This document shows, in pieces, positions 1 to 9,485 of a stretch of DNA of 64,000 nt. Under the pieces are notes generated by a model. It had not been told where the DNA came from and ran no database searches. It saw only the letters and a program-made list of their open reading frames with translations. Position 1 is the stretch's first letter. Every line of letters starts with the position of its first letter. Position numbers and translations under genes: made by a program. Source of the stretch: a virus (Duplodnaviria; Caudoviricetes); the IMG/VR virus record IMGVR_UViG_2643221568_000002, positions 1 to 64,000 of that record. One strand, given 5' to 3'.

Positions 1-218
1 TCTGTATCCCCTTTTTTTGCTTTAGTAGTTCGACCGGCCATCTCGTCGAGCCGATCGAGCTTGCCGCGCATTTCGTCCGTGAACCGCGCGACGTTCGCTG
101 GATCGGCTGCGCGTCCATGACGTTCCGGAAGGGTCAGGATGTCTCCGGCCCACGCTGCCGCGTTCTTCGCGATGTAGGAGCAGAGCATGGAGAAGTGTGC
201 TTCTGTCAGCTTAGACAT
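1..218 (-). CDS. Phage hypothetical protein (runs off window)
   Basis: ATG at 218 overlaps the end of the upstream ORF; frame MSKLTEAHFSMLCSYIAKNAAAW stays open to the window edge. Confidence 0.6.
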   Translation of the reverse strand, partial: MSKLTEAHFSMLCSYIAKNAAAWAGDILTLPERHGRAADPANVARFTDEMRGKLDRLDEMAGRTTKAKKGDT

Positions 219-477
219 GGAGTGAAGTCTCCAACTGATAGAGGGCGTGGAATGGCATTTCCTGCCCAGACGTAAACTCTTCGCAGCCGCCGTCGTCGAA
301 ATAGCGTTCTGCGTCGTGGCGGCACGCTTCATGCCAAGCGAAGTTCTGGTGGTGCCCGTCGTAAATCGAGTTTTCACGGATGTACTGGGAACCTGGTAGC
401 ACCTCGTTGCAGCACCAAATGCAGGCGTGGGATTTCCGCGCCTTTACGGTTGCGCGTCTCAGGAGGGCGTAGCTCAT
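211..477 (-). CDS. Phage hypothetical protein, Cys/His-rich
   Basis: KARKSHACIWC...WHEAC; translationally coupled. Confidence 0.7.
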   Translation of the reverse strand: MSYALLRRATVKARKSHACIWCCNEVLPGSQYIRENSIYDGHHQNFAWHEACRHDAERYFDDGGCEEFTSGQEMPFHALYQLETSLHV

Positions 478-791
478 CCGGCATCTCCTTGCTGTTGATC
501 AACCGAAGCAATGAGGGCACGGACCGCATTTGCGGCACAGGCCTCGCAATCTTCCCATTCGAATTTTTTATGCGCGCACAGGTCATGTTTGCTGGCGATG
601 CCCCGGTCGAAACCTTCTTCGATTGTCCTGGCAGCTTCTTCTAGCGCATGGCGTCGTATCTCCTTCGCACGCTCCTCCGCCTCAGATATGGCAGCAGCAG
701 CACGCTTGAGCAGATCCGGCATGCCATCGAGGCCCAGAGGCCATTTCTTCTTGGCCGCGTAGAAGCCTAGTTCGTGGATCAGGCTGGTCAC
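474..791 (-). CDS. Phage hypothetical protein
   Basis: Coupled ORF in leftward operon; CEAC motif. Confidence 0.6.
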   Translation of the reverse strand: MTSLIHELGFYAAKKKWPLGLDGMPDLLKRAAAAISEAEERAKEIRRHALEEAARTIEEGFDRGIASKHDLCAHKKFEWEDCEACAANAVRALIASVDQQQGDAG

Positions 792-1378
792 TAGAAGGCC
801 TCCTCAACAATGCGCGGTTTGGCAATAATGATCGAAGCGATGAGACGCTCGGTTCGCCTCTCTCGCTCATCTGATACCCATTTACGGCGGAGCGAACGGT
901 ACTCTTTCCACGCAGCCCGTGCGGCATTTTCCCCTTGCGGTGTGAGGTAGATTTCGTCGCCAAACACAGAGCAGTACCAGGTTATCATTTGCTCACGTTT
1001 GAGCTCCCTCGCATGAGCGCCGCTGAGCAGATTAATTTGAGGGTCAACTTCCAGCCTGGAGGTGTTCCGCTCAAAACGAAAGCAGACTGGCGGATCAGAA
1101 CGATTATGAGCCGCAGCAATAAGGACGCGGTTTCGCTGCTGCTCGTTGATGAATGAATCGACTTTGCCATCCCCGTAGCAAAAAATGCAGGAACGCGCCT
1201 CGTAGTAACAAGAGGGGCACTCTGCGAAGCCGTCTTCCTGGAGATCAATCAAATCTGACTTCTTCCACCCCAAGGCATAAGCTCGCTTGGCTTTCACAGA
1301 CCTATACCCCTCGCAAAGGTAGCAGTCAGGAACACTCGAGCCGGTACCTTTACATTCGAAGCACCGGACGTCACTCAT
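791..1378 (-). CDS. DnaJ-type zinc-finger-repeat protein
   Basis: CFECKGTG, CYLCEG, CPSC, CIFCYGDG repeats. Confidence 0.65.
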   Translation of the reverse strand: MSDVRCFECKGTGSSVPDCYLCEGYRSVKAKRAYALGWKKSDLIDLQEDGFAECPSCYYEARSCIFCYGDGKVDSFINEQQRNRVLIAAAHNRSDPPVCFRFERNTSRLEVDPQINLLSGAHARELKREQMITWYCSVFGDEIYLTPQGENAARAAWKEYRSLRRKWVSDERERRTERLIASIIIAKPRIVEEAF

Positions 1379-1818
1379 TCTGCATCTCCCTGCTTGGAGA
1401 CGGGGGCCATGACGCGCAACACATCGAAGGCCTCTTCGACCATTCGCTCATGCCCGTGGCTAGAGGTTTCACCATTGCGGATAAACTCCGAGACCGCGTC
1501 CAGATCGCCTGGCCCAAGCATGCGGGAAGCTTCCCATCCGTCTGCCGTACGGGTGAAGTCGCCAGGTCGCACATCGTAAAAAAATGAGCGCGACTTAATG
1601 GCGATCGGATCGAAAAGCGCGGAGACTGTTCCAATCTTTCTCCCGCCCTGGAAAACCGGAATTCTCTCAGTTGGAACGTTCAGCCCGTGGGCCTTCATCA
1701 AGTACTCGAGGCCGTAAACCCGAACGTCGCGGACGGATAGCGACAGGTATTTTCCGCTAGCTAATTGATATGTGACCATGCCGTTCATGCTGTCTTCAAT
1801 TCTCTCGATCTTCCTCAT
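1375..1818 (-). CDS. Phage hypothetical protein
   Basis: ATGA overlap start at 1818 (MRKIERIED). Confidence 0.6.
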   Translation of the reverse strand: MRKIERIEDSMNGMVTYQLASGKYLSLSVRDVRVYGLEYLMKAHGLNVPTERIPVFQGGRKIGTVSALFDPIAIKSRSFFYDVRPGDFTRTADGWEASRMLGPGDLDAVSEFIRNGETSSHGHERMVEEAFDVLRVMAPVSKQGDAE

Positions 1819-2429
1819 TCCGCGATTCCTTGCTTGGAGGCGGGGGAGGAAGGGTACATCGCGAAAACAAGATCGATCAGTTCCCGCACATGCTTTTCGT
1901 CTGGCTTGCCGTCGAAATGCTTCATCACCTGACCGACGAACCAGCCGCGAAGAATGGGCGTCTTTTCCGCTTCCGCCCATTTCAACGGATGCTCGACTGA
2001 TAAAGATCGAATGCACCCCCCGATATCAGCGCCGTCTACCGCGGAGAGGGCGCGGGCTTTAGGTTTTAGAAAGGCACCTAATTTCTCTGGAAGAACGTAC
2101 TGGAACCGGCAAACATCGCGGCGGCAGGTATCGAATTTCGCGGTTGTTTGCCCGTGGAAAACGTCACGACCTACATACTCAACAAGGCCGAAATGAACGC
2201 TTTCGTAGTTTTTTCCTTTTTCAAGGTCAATCATCACCCACGCCGCCGCGTCATCTCCTGGCTCCGACGGCTTCGCTTCCGTCGATAGGGCGGCTATCTC
2301 GGACTCGATAGCGGAGAGCACGCGCTGCGCATCGCCGGCCTTTGTATCGTGATTGCGGCCCTCCCGGCCTTCAGCAACGCCAAGTTCGAAATACTGTTGC
2401 AGCAGTTCCGCCAGCTTCTCACTCTGCAT
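1815..2429 (-). CDS. Phage protein with C-terminal GatB/Yqey-like helical segment
   Basis: GGAGG SD before ATG 2429; C-terminal LRGWFVGQVMKHFDGKPDEKHVRELI resembles the GatB tail. Confidence 0.6.
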   Translation of the reverse strand: MQSEKLAELLQQYFELGVAEGREGRNHDTKAGDAQRVLSAIESEIAALSTEAKPSEPGDDAAAWVMIDLEKGKNYESVHFGLVEYVGRDVFHGQTTAKFDTCRRDVCRFQYVLPEKLGAFLKPKARALSAVDGADIGGCIRSLSVEHPLKWAEAEKTPILRGWFVGQVMKHFDGKPDEKHVRELIDLVFAMYPSSPASKQGIAE

Positions 2430-3018
2430 GGTGGTCGCCTCCTGTGGTCGCTGTGAGAATGGCAAGCGCTTCGAGATAGACCGGGTTGTCTTCGCCGTTG
2501 CATGCAGCGTAGGCTTTCGTCAGCATGCGCAGTGCGTACTCAAGGCGGAGAATGCGCTTGGCCTGCTCAAACTCTTCGTCTGCCTCTTCACAGAACTTCG
2601 CAAAGCTGGCGACGTCTTCGTCTGTCATATGCCACCATACCGCGCCAAGACCGCCGCACTCTGGGCAGCCTGACCCGATTGGACTTTGAAGCGCCTGGCT
2701 GAACGGATACTTCGCTGTGGGATGGCCGTCCTCTGTATCATAACAGCCCGAGCAAGGTTGCCAGTGACCACCGCTTTCCTTCATCTCCTCGGCGATGCCG
2801 AACAAGGCCGGATCTTCGACGGGCTCCACAGGAGGCTGGGCGGTCAACGCAGTTTGCCAATAGTGCCAGCCAGCGTTGATCACCTCATCCTGGTACCCGT
2901 CGTCGCAACGCCCCAGGCACTCAGTACGGATTTGGATTTTGAGAAAGCCGCTTTCTTTCAGCCGCTCGACGACGGCAGCTTCGAACAGTTCGCGTTGGGG
3001 TTTGGCGGTGGCCGTCAT
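2419..3018 (-). CDS. Phage hypothetical protein with CxxC pairs
   Basis: CSGC...CPECGGLG; coupled. Confidence 0.65.
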   Translation of the reverse strand: MTATAKPQRELFEAAVVERLKESGFLKIQIRTECLGRCDDGYQDEVINAGWHYWQTALTAQPPVEPVEDPALFGIAEEMKESGGHWQPCSGCYDTEDGHPTAKYPFSQALQSPIGSGCPECGGLGAVWWHMTDEDVASFAKFCEEADEEFEQAKRILRLEYALRMLTKAYAACNGEDNPVYLEALAILTATTGGDHHAE

Positions 3019-3308
3019 TCTGATGTCTCCTGATCCTGTTCTCTAAATTTGATCCGGTCCAGCGCGCCTTCAGCAGCGTGAAGGAACTTTGAAGGATCTG
3101 GCTGCCTACCGCTTGCCAAGGCGCCGGTGCCGGCTACGATCCATCCCACTTCCAGGAGGATGCCCGCCACCAGCGACGTCGCCTCGTCTGGTTTCTGGCC
3201 GGCGCTGATGAACTCGTCTGATTGGTCGAAGGCCCACTGCTTGACCGTGTCGCGCAGCTTAGGGAAGATGCAGCGAGACGCGTCTGTGACCGAAAATTCG
3301 TTGCTCAT
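3015..3308 (-). CDS. Phage hypothetical protein
   Basis: ATGA overlap start at 3308. Confidence 0.55.
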   Translation of the reverse strand: MSNEFSVTDASRCIFPKLRDTVKQWAFDQSDEFISAGQKPDEATSLVAGILLEVGWIVAGTGALASGRQPDPSKFLHAAEGALDRIKFREQDQETSE

Positions 3309-3943
3309 CCCCTGTCCCTCTCGCGATAGAGCTTCAGCAGTTGCTCGCCAGCCTCGGGATTGATGCGATCGAGTTGGCGCAATGCCCAATTCAGGCCGTC
3401 TGCGAATCCTCTGCGGCTGCCTTGATGAAACTCGTCGATGGTGCGCTGGGTGGCCTTGCGCTCGCGGTCGTCGATGATGGTCGTCACGGTGACGGCGAAT
3501 GCTCCGCGGGAATGCGGCTCCGCGTTATGGTAGGCGTTGTGGCCGGGTTGGCCTGAGATGGGTACCGCGCGCCACCATTCATGCCGCACCACGTCGATGT
3601 TACCGAGATTGCGAGCTTCGACGTTCACATATCGCTGGTCGTAATAGTAGTCAGCGCCCGTGTATTGGTTGACCGCCTCCGCGAAGGCGTATCGCTCGTG
3701 ATGGCCTTTCGCCCAATATCCCATCAAGCCGCCGCCGTCGCAGCCAGCCTCGCGGAGGTCGATAATTTCGATCGAAGGGCGCGGCGCGCCGACGAAAGAT
3801 TTTAGGTGCTCTGCCGCGGTGCGCACTGCGGCCTCGTCGGCGTCACTCAGATCGGCCTTGCCCGCTATGCTACCGTCAATCTCGAGCGTGAGTACTTGCT
3901 CGCCGTCAATTCGGACCTCTACTGCCCAATGTTTCTCGCTCAT
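3305..3943 (-). CDS. Phage hypothetical protein
   Basis: 212-aa coupled ORF. Confidence 0.65.
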   Translation of the reverse strand: MSEKHWAVEVRIDGEQVLTLEIDGSIAGKADLSDADEAAVRTAAEHLKSFVGAPRPSIEIIDLREAGCDGGGLMGYWAKGHHERYAFAEAVNQYTGADYYYDQRYVNVEARNLGNIDVVRHEWWRAVPISGQPGHNAYHNAEPHSRGAFAVTVTTIIDDRERKATQRTIDEFHQGSRRGFADGLNWALRQLDRINPEAGEQLLKLYRERDRG

Positions 3944-4389
3944 CGTTTGGTCTCCGGTGGGGGTAAGAGGTTTTGCGCGGTGGCGCGCTGAAGGATGGTT
4001 TCGCCGGACGGCAAAAGGATCTGGCCGAGGAACGCGCCGTCGAATGTGAGAATGCCGGTATCGACGGCGGTGAGCTGGCCTTTGATCCAGTCGCGCAGGA
4101 CAGACCAGACGGCAATCTGTCCGCGCTCGAGCGCGAACTGCTTGTGCTGCTCTGCCGTCTTTTTCATCCGATTGTTATATGGGTTCTCGCGGAGCCAAGC
4201 CGCGGCGTAGCCGTGGGCGCTCGCTTCGATCTGCACCATGCGTCCGCGATATTCGAACTGGATGATGACCTTGCCGGCGTCAAAGTCTTCCATCGGCGCG
4301 AACTTCGAGCAACCGAAGGCCAGCAGAGTTTTCCGGATATCATCAGCGGCGGAGCGGCCGGAAGTCGAGCGTGAGTAGGGCAGGGTCAA
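3940..4389 (-). CDS. Conserved phage hypothetical protein
   Basis: VWSVLRDWIKGQLTAV motif common in phage proteins; coupled. Confidence 0.75.
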   Translation of the reverse strand: MTLPYSRSTSGRSAADDIRKTLLAFGCSKFAPMEDFDAGKVIIQFEYRGRMVQIEASAHGYAAAWLRENPYNNRMKKTAEQHKQFALERGQIAVWSVLRDWIKGQLTAVDTGILTFDGAFLGQILLPSGETILQRATAQNLLPPPETKR

Positions 4390-5303
4390 GACAACGCCTC
4401 CGGAAACTGAAGGTATTCATCACCGTAGATTTTCCGGCCGGCAGCCTTCTTGCCGACCCGAACCATGGTGACGGTGCCGAGGTTGGTGACCGAAAACGGG
4501 TTGTCGTCGCTGCGCAGATCCTGAGAAGGATAAGCATCTATGGGCTTCGCAAGGGTAACCTTGCGCGCGACGTCGTGAGGGACCCATTCTCCCCATTGCT
4601 TGAACAGGAGCGGTACCGGCTTGCGCGGGTGTTGGCGCAGCGTGCATGCGTTCTTGATGTCGTCGAGCCATTGCGGGTGCATCGGTCTGGCATCGGTACC
4701 GCTCTCTCCGCCGACGATGACCCAATCGATATGATCCAGCCATTCCGCCCTCAGCCGGACTCGGCCAAGCAAAGGCTCGAGGCTCAATCCGATCCACGGC
4801 AGACCGAGACGCTTCTTCAGATCGATGAGGCGAGGTATTTCGCGATCGGCCTCACGCTGGTTGGTGATCGAGAACATCAGGCCGATATGTTTCGGCCAAG
4901 CGTCCAGCCAGTCGGGAGGCACCATCTTCGGGACGTTCGCGCCGCGCTTCGTCAGCAGGATGACCTTTACCCACCGTGCCTCCTTCGCTTCCGCGAACAG
5001 CTCGGAGCGCCAATCGTCGGAGACCTCGTTATCGAAGGTGTCCGACATCGATTGCATGAACACGCGGATGGAGCGGCCATGCTCGCTGAAGAACGATGTC
5101 GCAGATTTACGGTTCAACATGCGCAGCAGCGAGACTGCGCCCTTGATCTTCCGGCGAGGGGCGTTTGGTCCCCATTCGCCGGTGCCGCGGAAAGCGTTCA
5201 AGGTCTCGGCATAACAATGGTCGCAGCCGGGGGAGACCTTCGTGCAGCCCCACCAGAAGTTCACCGTGGCGTCGCACCACTCAATCGCGGAGGTTTCAGC
5301 CAT
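4386..5303 (-). CDS. DUF5131 / Gp37Gp68 family protein
   Basis: IEWCDATVNFWWGCTKVSPGCDHCYA; SMSD; SLEPLL; WVIVGGESG; FKQWG. Confidence 0.92.
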   Translation of the reverse strand: MAETSAIEWCDATVNFWWGCTKVSPGCDHCYAETLNAFRGTGEWGPNAPRRKIKGAVSLLRMLNRKSATSFFSEHGRSIRVFMQSMSDTFDNEVSDDWRSELFAEAKEARWVKVILLTKRGANVPKMVPPDWLDAWPKHIGLMFSITNQREADREIPRLIDLKKRLGLPWIGLSLEPLLGRVRLRAEWLDHIDWVIVGGESGTDARPMHPQWLDDIKNACTLRQHPRKPVPLLFKQWGEWVPHDVARKVTLAKPIDAYPSQDLRSDDNPFSVTNLGTVTMVRVGKKAAGRKIYGDEYLQFPEALS

Positions 5304-5901
5304 GGGACTGCCCCAAGATCTCTTCGTAACGATTGATGAACGCTATCGCTGCGCTCTCGGGCGACCATGGGATGATTTCGAAGCAGTATGGATCGACGCC
5401 TTTGCCAATGCTCCAGTCTGCGCCGTTCCAGGGCAGCAGATCGCGGCGCTCAGTCGCGAGCATGCGAACGTCCGCTTTCTTGATCTCCAGTGGGTCGGTG
5501 ATCGTGACGCCGAAACGCTTCAAGATGGCGGCTTCGCAGCGTTTCTCGATCGCCTTGTAATCTGGGATGAGCGATTTCAGCGGCGCGGTCATGTCGCCGC
5601 ACACGGCTTCGCCCGCCTCGTGCATCAACGCTTCAAGAGCGAGGGGCGGCGGCACGACGTGGCTCATCCGAACACAGTGTTCTGCTACGGAATAGAACAC
5701 CCTCCGCTTGAGCCGCTTGCTATAGCACTGGCCGGCGCAACGTCCTTCGAAGGCCAAGCCGTAAGCGATGTCTTCGATCGTGATGGAGCTGCTCTCCGGA
5801 TCTTGGAAATCGAAGTATGTGCCGGATCCGAGAAGGATGGTCGGGCCGATAGCTTTGCGAATGGTGCTTTCGCGGAGCTTCTGGATTTCCTTCTCAGACA
5901 T
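5296..5901 (-). CDS. HD-domain phosphohydrolase (YfdR/YfbR-like)
   Basis: IEDIA...YSVAEHC...LMHEAGEA.CGD..PLK...AD..MLATERRDL; HD reads HE. Confidence 0.85.
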   Translation of the reverse strand: MSEKEIQKLRESTIRKAIGPTILLGSGTYFDFQDPESSSITIEDIAYGLAFEGRCAGQCYSKRLKRRVFYSVAEHCVRMSHVVPPPLALEALMHEAGEAVCGDMTAPLKSLIPDYKAIEKRCEAAILKRFGVTITDPLEIKKADVRMLATERRDLLPWNGADWSIGKGVDPYCFEIIPWSPESAAIAFINRYEEILGQSHG

Positions 5902-6829
5902 TTTCGGGCTCCATAGCCTTCACCGGCATCTGCCCGAGTTTGCGGATGAGAGCAGTCGCGGTTTTCAGATCAAGCGCTGCCACCGCCTCTGCTGCGTCCC
6001 TTTGCAGTTTTTTTACGGCGGTATCGAACCTCGATGAACCTCGTTGATGCACCTTTCGGCCTACCGCTCTGGGCGAGGTCGAACGAAAAAGCTCGGAGAA
6101 TGATACGTGGGTAAAGTCGCGTTGACCCGAACCGTAGACAAACGTCCACATGCCGTTGATGCCACCCCAGACGCGCCCGCGTCTGAGGTAACCCTTGCTG
6201 TCTCTCGTCAGCAGCACGTCCCCGTGCTGAATAGGTAGCTTATCGGCGTCGAAGGTCTGATAATGGTTGAGTTCGGAGAGCGCCGGCCAACCGGTCTCAT
6301 CGCGCTTGAAGCGATGTTCCCCTCTTTTGCGATAGTACTGATCATCCCACCTGTCGTTGAAGTAAGCGAGAGGGTCGGGGTTGGCGCTCTTGATCTCTGT
6401 GTCTTCGGAAAAACCGCGATCAGCCAGGTGCGTCCGGATATCTCGAAGCGTGTACTCAAAGCGCTTTCCGATGAGATAAGGCATTTTCTCCCGACGAGAA
6501 AAGTCGTAGGCACCACCATTGGGGTTTTCAAAAACGACGTTCTGGAAAAACTCGATCTTGCATCCGGTGGGGTAGGTTTCAGCTTTAAATTCAAGCTCGC
6601 GCCACTTCCCGTATCGGTGGCTTGGCCCGAGAATTGAAAAACGCCGCTCTATTTCAGGGTCTCTCCCGACCTCGAAACCGATTCCTTTAAGGACGCCCAT
6701 TACTCGGTTAAAGGTTTCCCAATCGGGAGCGTCGGAGACGCTGTAGCTGCGCTTCCTCGGCCTGCCGCTACGGCAAAACAGTATCAATGATGTGTCGTGG
6801 ATTTTGAAACTACGTTCTGTGTCAGACAC
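5894..6829 (-). CDS. Phage hypothetical protein
   Basis: 311-aa ORF in operon. Confidence 0.7.
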   Translation of the reverse strand: MSDTERSFKIHDTSLILFCRSGRPRKRSYSVSDAPDWETFNRVMGVLKGIGFEVGRDPEIERRFSILGPSHRYGKWRELEFKAETYPTGCKIEFFQNVVFENPNGGAYDFSRREKMPYLIGKRFEYTLRDIRTHLADRGFSEDTEIKSANPDPLAYFNDRWDDQYYRKRGEHRFKRDETGWPALSELNHYQTFDADKLPIQHGDVLLTRDSKGYLRRGRVWGGINGMWTFVYGSGQRDFTHVSFSELFRSTSPRAVGRKVHQRGSSRFDTAVKKLQRDAAEAVAALDLKTATALIRKLGQMPVKAMEPENV

Positions 6830-6835
6830 GATCGC

Positions 6836-7252
6836 TCATCCTCGGAAAAGAGAAAAGGGAAGGGGCGCTGGCAGCACCCACAGGTGATACATGTCAGCCG
6901 CGTCGATGATTTCTGCCTGTGGTGGGTAGACCTCGACCGCCGTAGCATCGGGCCCTGCCAGCTCGTCCTTTATGCGCTGCATCTCGGTCCACGTCGGGCG
7001 GACGCCGGAGAGCGCCGTGATGCCGAAGTGCCGGGTGCCGTCGGGCAAAGTCCGATCGAGGACGCTGAAAACACCGTTGCGGTGCGCCGTGGTGAACTCT
7101 GCAGTCCAGCCGTGCGGTGAGACGCTGCCGCGTGGGAACGTGATCGTTTCCCATGCCTTCCACTTGCCGGATCTGCGCGCGATCGCTTCATCGCGCAGGA
7201 TCAGGCGACGGTTGCGGCGGGGCAGGGTGTCGAAGTGAGCTTGTGCCTTCAT
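6836..7252 (-). CDS. Conserved phage protein (PTWxEMQRIK family)
   Basis: RPTWTEMQRIKDELAG..ATAVEVYPP...NMYHLW-like motif. Confidence 0.8.
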   Translation of the reverse strand: MKAQAHFDTLPRRNRRLILRDEAIARRSGKWKAWETITFPRGSVSPHGWTAEFTTAHRNGVFSVLDRTLPDGTRHFGITALSGVRPTWTEMQRIKDELAGPDATAVEVYPPQAEIIDAADMYHLWVLPAPLPFSLFRG

Positions 7253-7947
7253 GCCGCCACCTGGTCGATGTTGGCGTTGATGGTGACGAAGGTGTAGGCG
7301 ATGACCCACGGGTTCGTTTTCCATGGATGCTTGACGTTGATGACATCCCACAACCATTCGAAAACGTCACGGGGGGCATGCGAGGCAAGACCGAAATACT
7401 GATCGCCCTGATCCACGACGTAGCGCCCGGAGGCGCGGAGCTTCTGCAAACCTTCCGATATGGCGTCGTCGGCGCTGATGTCTTGAAGCCGTTCGATGCG
7501 AACGTCTTTCACTTCCAACGTCATGCGTGAGTGCTTCCGGAACATAAAACGTCCCATGCGGCGGTGCCACGCCGGCGTATGCGGGTCAGCGTTGTGCATG
7601 CCCTTGCGGAAGACCAAGGGTGTCTCGAAAACGACCTCCGCCGAGTCCTCGACGAAGTGCCATTTCTGCTTTCCAAGAGGCGTCTTGGCGTCGCCCTTCG
7701 GTTCCCAATGGCCGTAGCGATAGTGCGTCTCGCAGACGTAGAAGCGGTCGCCCTTGGTGATGCGGGGCGGCGCTGCGATCGGGCCGTCAGGCTTGTGGTC
7801 GAAGGTAAACTCCCACGTCGAGTGATCCAGACGCCGGACCTTCGTCAGGTTCTCACTGTGAGGCAGCAAGCGCCGTGTCTGGGTCTTGCGGCCAGCCAGG
7901 AGGGCAGCGACCATCGAGCGGCTGAAAAGAATAGGGCGGTTATTCAT
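7249..7947 (-). CDS. ASCH-like phage protein
   Basis: RPILFS..MV.ALLAGRKTQTRR; VRIERLQDIS..DA..EG; NPWV. Confidence 0.85.
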   Translation of the reverse strand: MNNRPILFSRSMVAALLAGRKTQTRRLLPHSENLTKVRRLDHSTWEFTFDHKPDGPIAAPPRITKGDRFYVCETHYRYGHWEPKGDAKTPLGKQKWHFVEDSAEVVFETPLVFRKGMHNADPHTPAWHRRMGRFMFRKHSRMTLEVKDVRIERLQDISADDAISEGLQKLRASGRYVVDQGDQYFGLASHAPRDVFEWLWDVINVKHPWKTNPWVIAYTFVTINANIDQVAA

Positions 7948-8365
7948 AGATCCGCACCAACTTATCTTCGGGCTTCCCGCCGCTGGCGATATGCTCGTCG
8001 AACCACGCTTTCAGCGTTTCGGGCTGTAACGGCTGTTCATCGTCCGGGTCGAGAAAGACGTCCGGGGTATCGATGAAGTCCTGATAGGTGGGAGCACACT
8101 GAATGCAGAGGGGAGTGATAGACGCGTGATACTGATCGCCCGGGAAGATAGGCGCAGCGCACTGCTCGCAAAGTATCGCATCCTCTTTCTGGCACTCTTC
8201 CACCACGTTCTGGAACGCGGTCTGCGCTTCGAGCCATTCCTGCTGTGTTGGCTCGAGCAGTTTGTAGCGCTGCTGGTCGAGCAGCTCGACGCGCTCATTG
8301 GCAGCTGCCCAGCGCTGTTTGAGGTCAGCCACGGTGGGCTCCGTATCGGTCATATCAATCTCCAT
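7940..8365 (-). CDS. Phage zinc-finger protein
   Basis: CEQC...CIQC. Confidence 0.65.
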   Translation of the reverse strand: MEIDMTDTEPTVADLKQRWAAANERVELLDQQRYKLLEPTQQEWLEAQTAFQNVVEECQKEDAILCEQCAAPIFPGDQYHASITPLCIQCAPTYQDFIDTPDVFLDPDDEQPLQPETLKAWFDEHIASGGKPEDKLVRIYE

Positions 8366-8415
8366 TGGACCTGTTCGGGAAGCCCCGCCCCGAAAGGCGG
8401 AGAAACCAGAGCGGG

Positions 8416-8586
8416 TCAGCGCTTGCCGAGCCAGAGTGAAAGTTTGAGAAGCCCCAGCAGGCAGATGCAGATCAGGAAGTCGATGATCGGTCCCGTCAGC
8501 ATCATGAGCAGGACGAGCGCGATCGCCGCGGCGACCACGATTGCTTCCGCCCGCTGCCGCACCCAGGCTTTCGCCTGGGCGATCAA
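8416..8586 (-). CDS. Small membrane protein (56 aa)
   Basis: TTGA overlap with TAXI stop; MIAQAKAWVRQRAEAIVVAAAIALVLLMMLTGPIIDFLICICLLGLLKLSLWLGKR. Confidence 0.6.
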   Translation of the reverse strand: MIAQAKAWVRQRAEAIVVAAAIALVLLMMLTGPIIDFLICICLLGLLKLSLWLGKR

Positions 8587-9464
8587 TTGCCGTACTCCGC
8601 CTTGATGCCTTGCGCAGCGCGCGCCGCTGCCTGCACGAAGCCGGGCAAAGCCTTGGCGTCGATGCGGTCAGTGTTCACGAAGACAGCGGCGGGCCATGAA
8701 ATCGTCTTGCGAGACGCAAACCAGCCGGACTGCAGCGACTTAGGGTAGGTGCCCTTCGGGATGTCGCGATACTCATAGAGCGGGTCGCCCTTGATATCGG
8801 TCGCGTCGTCGAAGTCGCGATCGTTTGCGCCAGCGAGAACTACGGTATCCCCATAGGTCTGGTCAGCTTCGGTGACGGTGCCGTTTCGCAGGCCAGCCGG
8901 GACGAGCATGCAAGTCGCTTCGCCGCTCGACACCGCCGACAGGGCGAGAACGCCACCCTCATTGCGGACCGGCACCTTCCCGTAGGAATCGTCCTCGGCA
9001 ATGATGTTCTGCCAGATCAGCCAGGCGCCACTGCCGGGTTCACCAATCGCGATCGAGTATTTGGCCGGATCGTCGGGCAGGTCGGACAGATCATCGACGC
9101 CGGACTTCTTGCCGCACAGCACGTGCAGATACTCTCGGTGAAGCGTCGCGACCTGCCGCAGCTTCTTGACCTTGGCCGGGGATGAGCGCCCGACATAGAC
9201 CGGTCCGTCCGGCTGGCCGATCATGGCGTCGCAGGCCTCCGGGTTGGCCGGGTCGAGGTCGAGGACGCGCTCGAGGTTGTCGATCGTGCCTTCGGTCGGC
9301 ACGTTGACCACGCTCACGCTTTTCCCGGCCATCTTCGCGATGGCATCGCCAGCGGCGAAGTAAACACCGCTCTCTGATCCGGTGCAAAGGCGGATCGGTG
9401 CCGCCTTGGCCTCGGAGCTGATCGCGATAACGGCTATTGCCGCCATTAAAAACAATGGCTTCAT
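8583..9464 (-). CDS. TAXI-family TRAP solute-binding protein homolog
   Basis: Signal peptide; TGSESGVYFAAG; TEGTIDNL; LHREYLHV; IGEPGSGA. Confidence 0.8.
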   Translation of the reverse strand: MKPLFLMAAIAVIAISSEAKAAPIRLCTGSESGVYFAAGDAIAKMAGKSVSVVNVPTEGTIDNLERVLDLDPANPEACDAMIGQPDGPVYVGRSSPAKVKKLRQVATLHREYLHVLCGKKSGVDDLSDLPDDPAKYSIAIGEPGSGAWLIWQNIIAEDDSYGKVPVRNEGGVLALSAVSSGEATCMLVPAGLRNGTVTEADQTYGDTVVLAGANDRDFDDATDIKGDPLYEYRDIPKGTYPKSLQSGWFASRKTISWPAAVFVNTDRIDAKALPGFVQAAARAAQGIKAEYGN

Positions 9465-9485
9465 AAGAAGTCCTCAAGTTGAAGG

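Noticed and set aside
1009-1020. TCGCATGAGCGC, near-match to the late-leader motif
   Set aside because: Antisense within a coding region, no associated start codon, first pair broken
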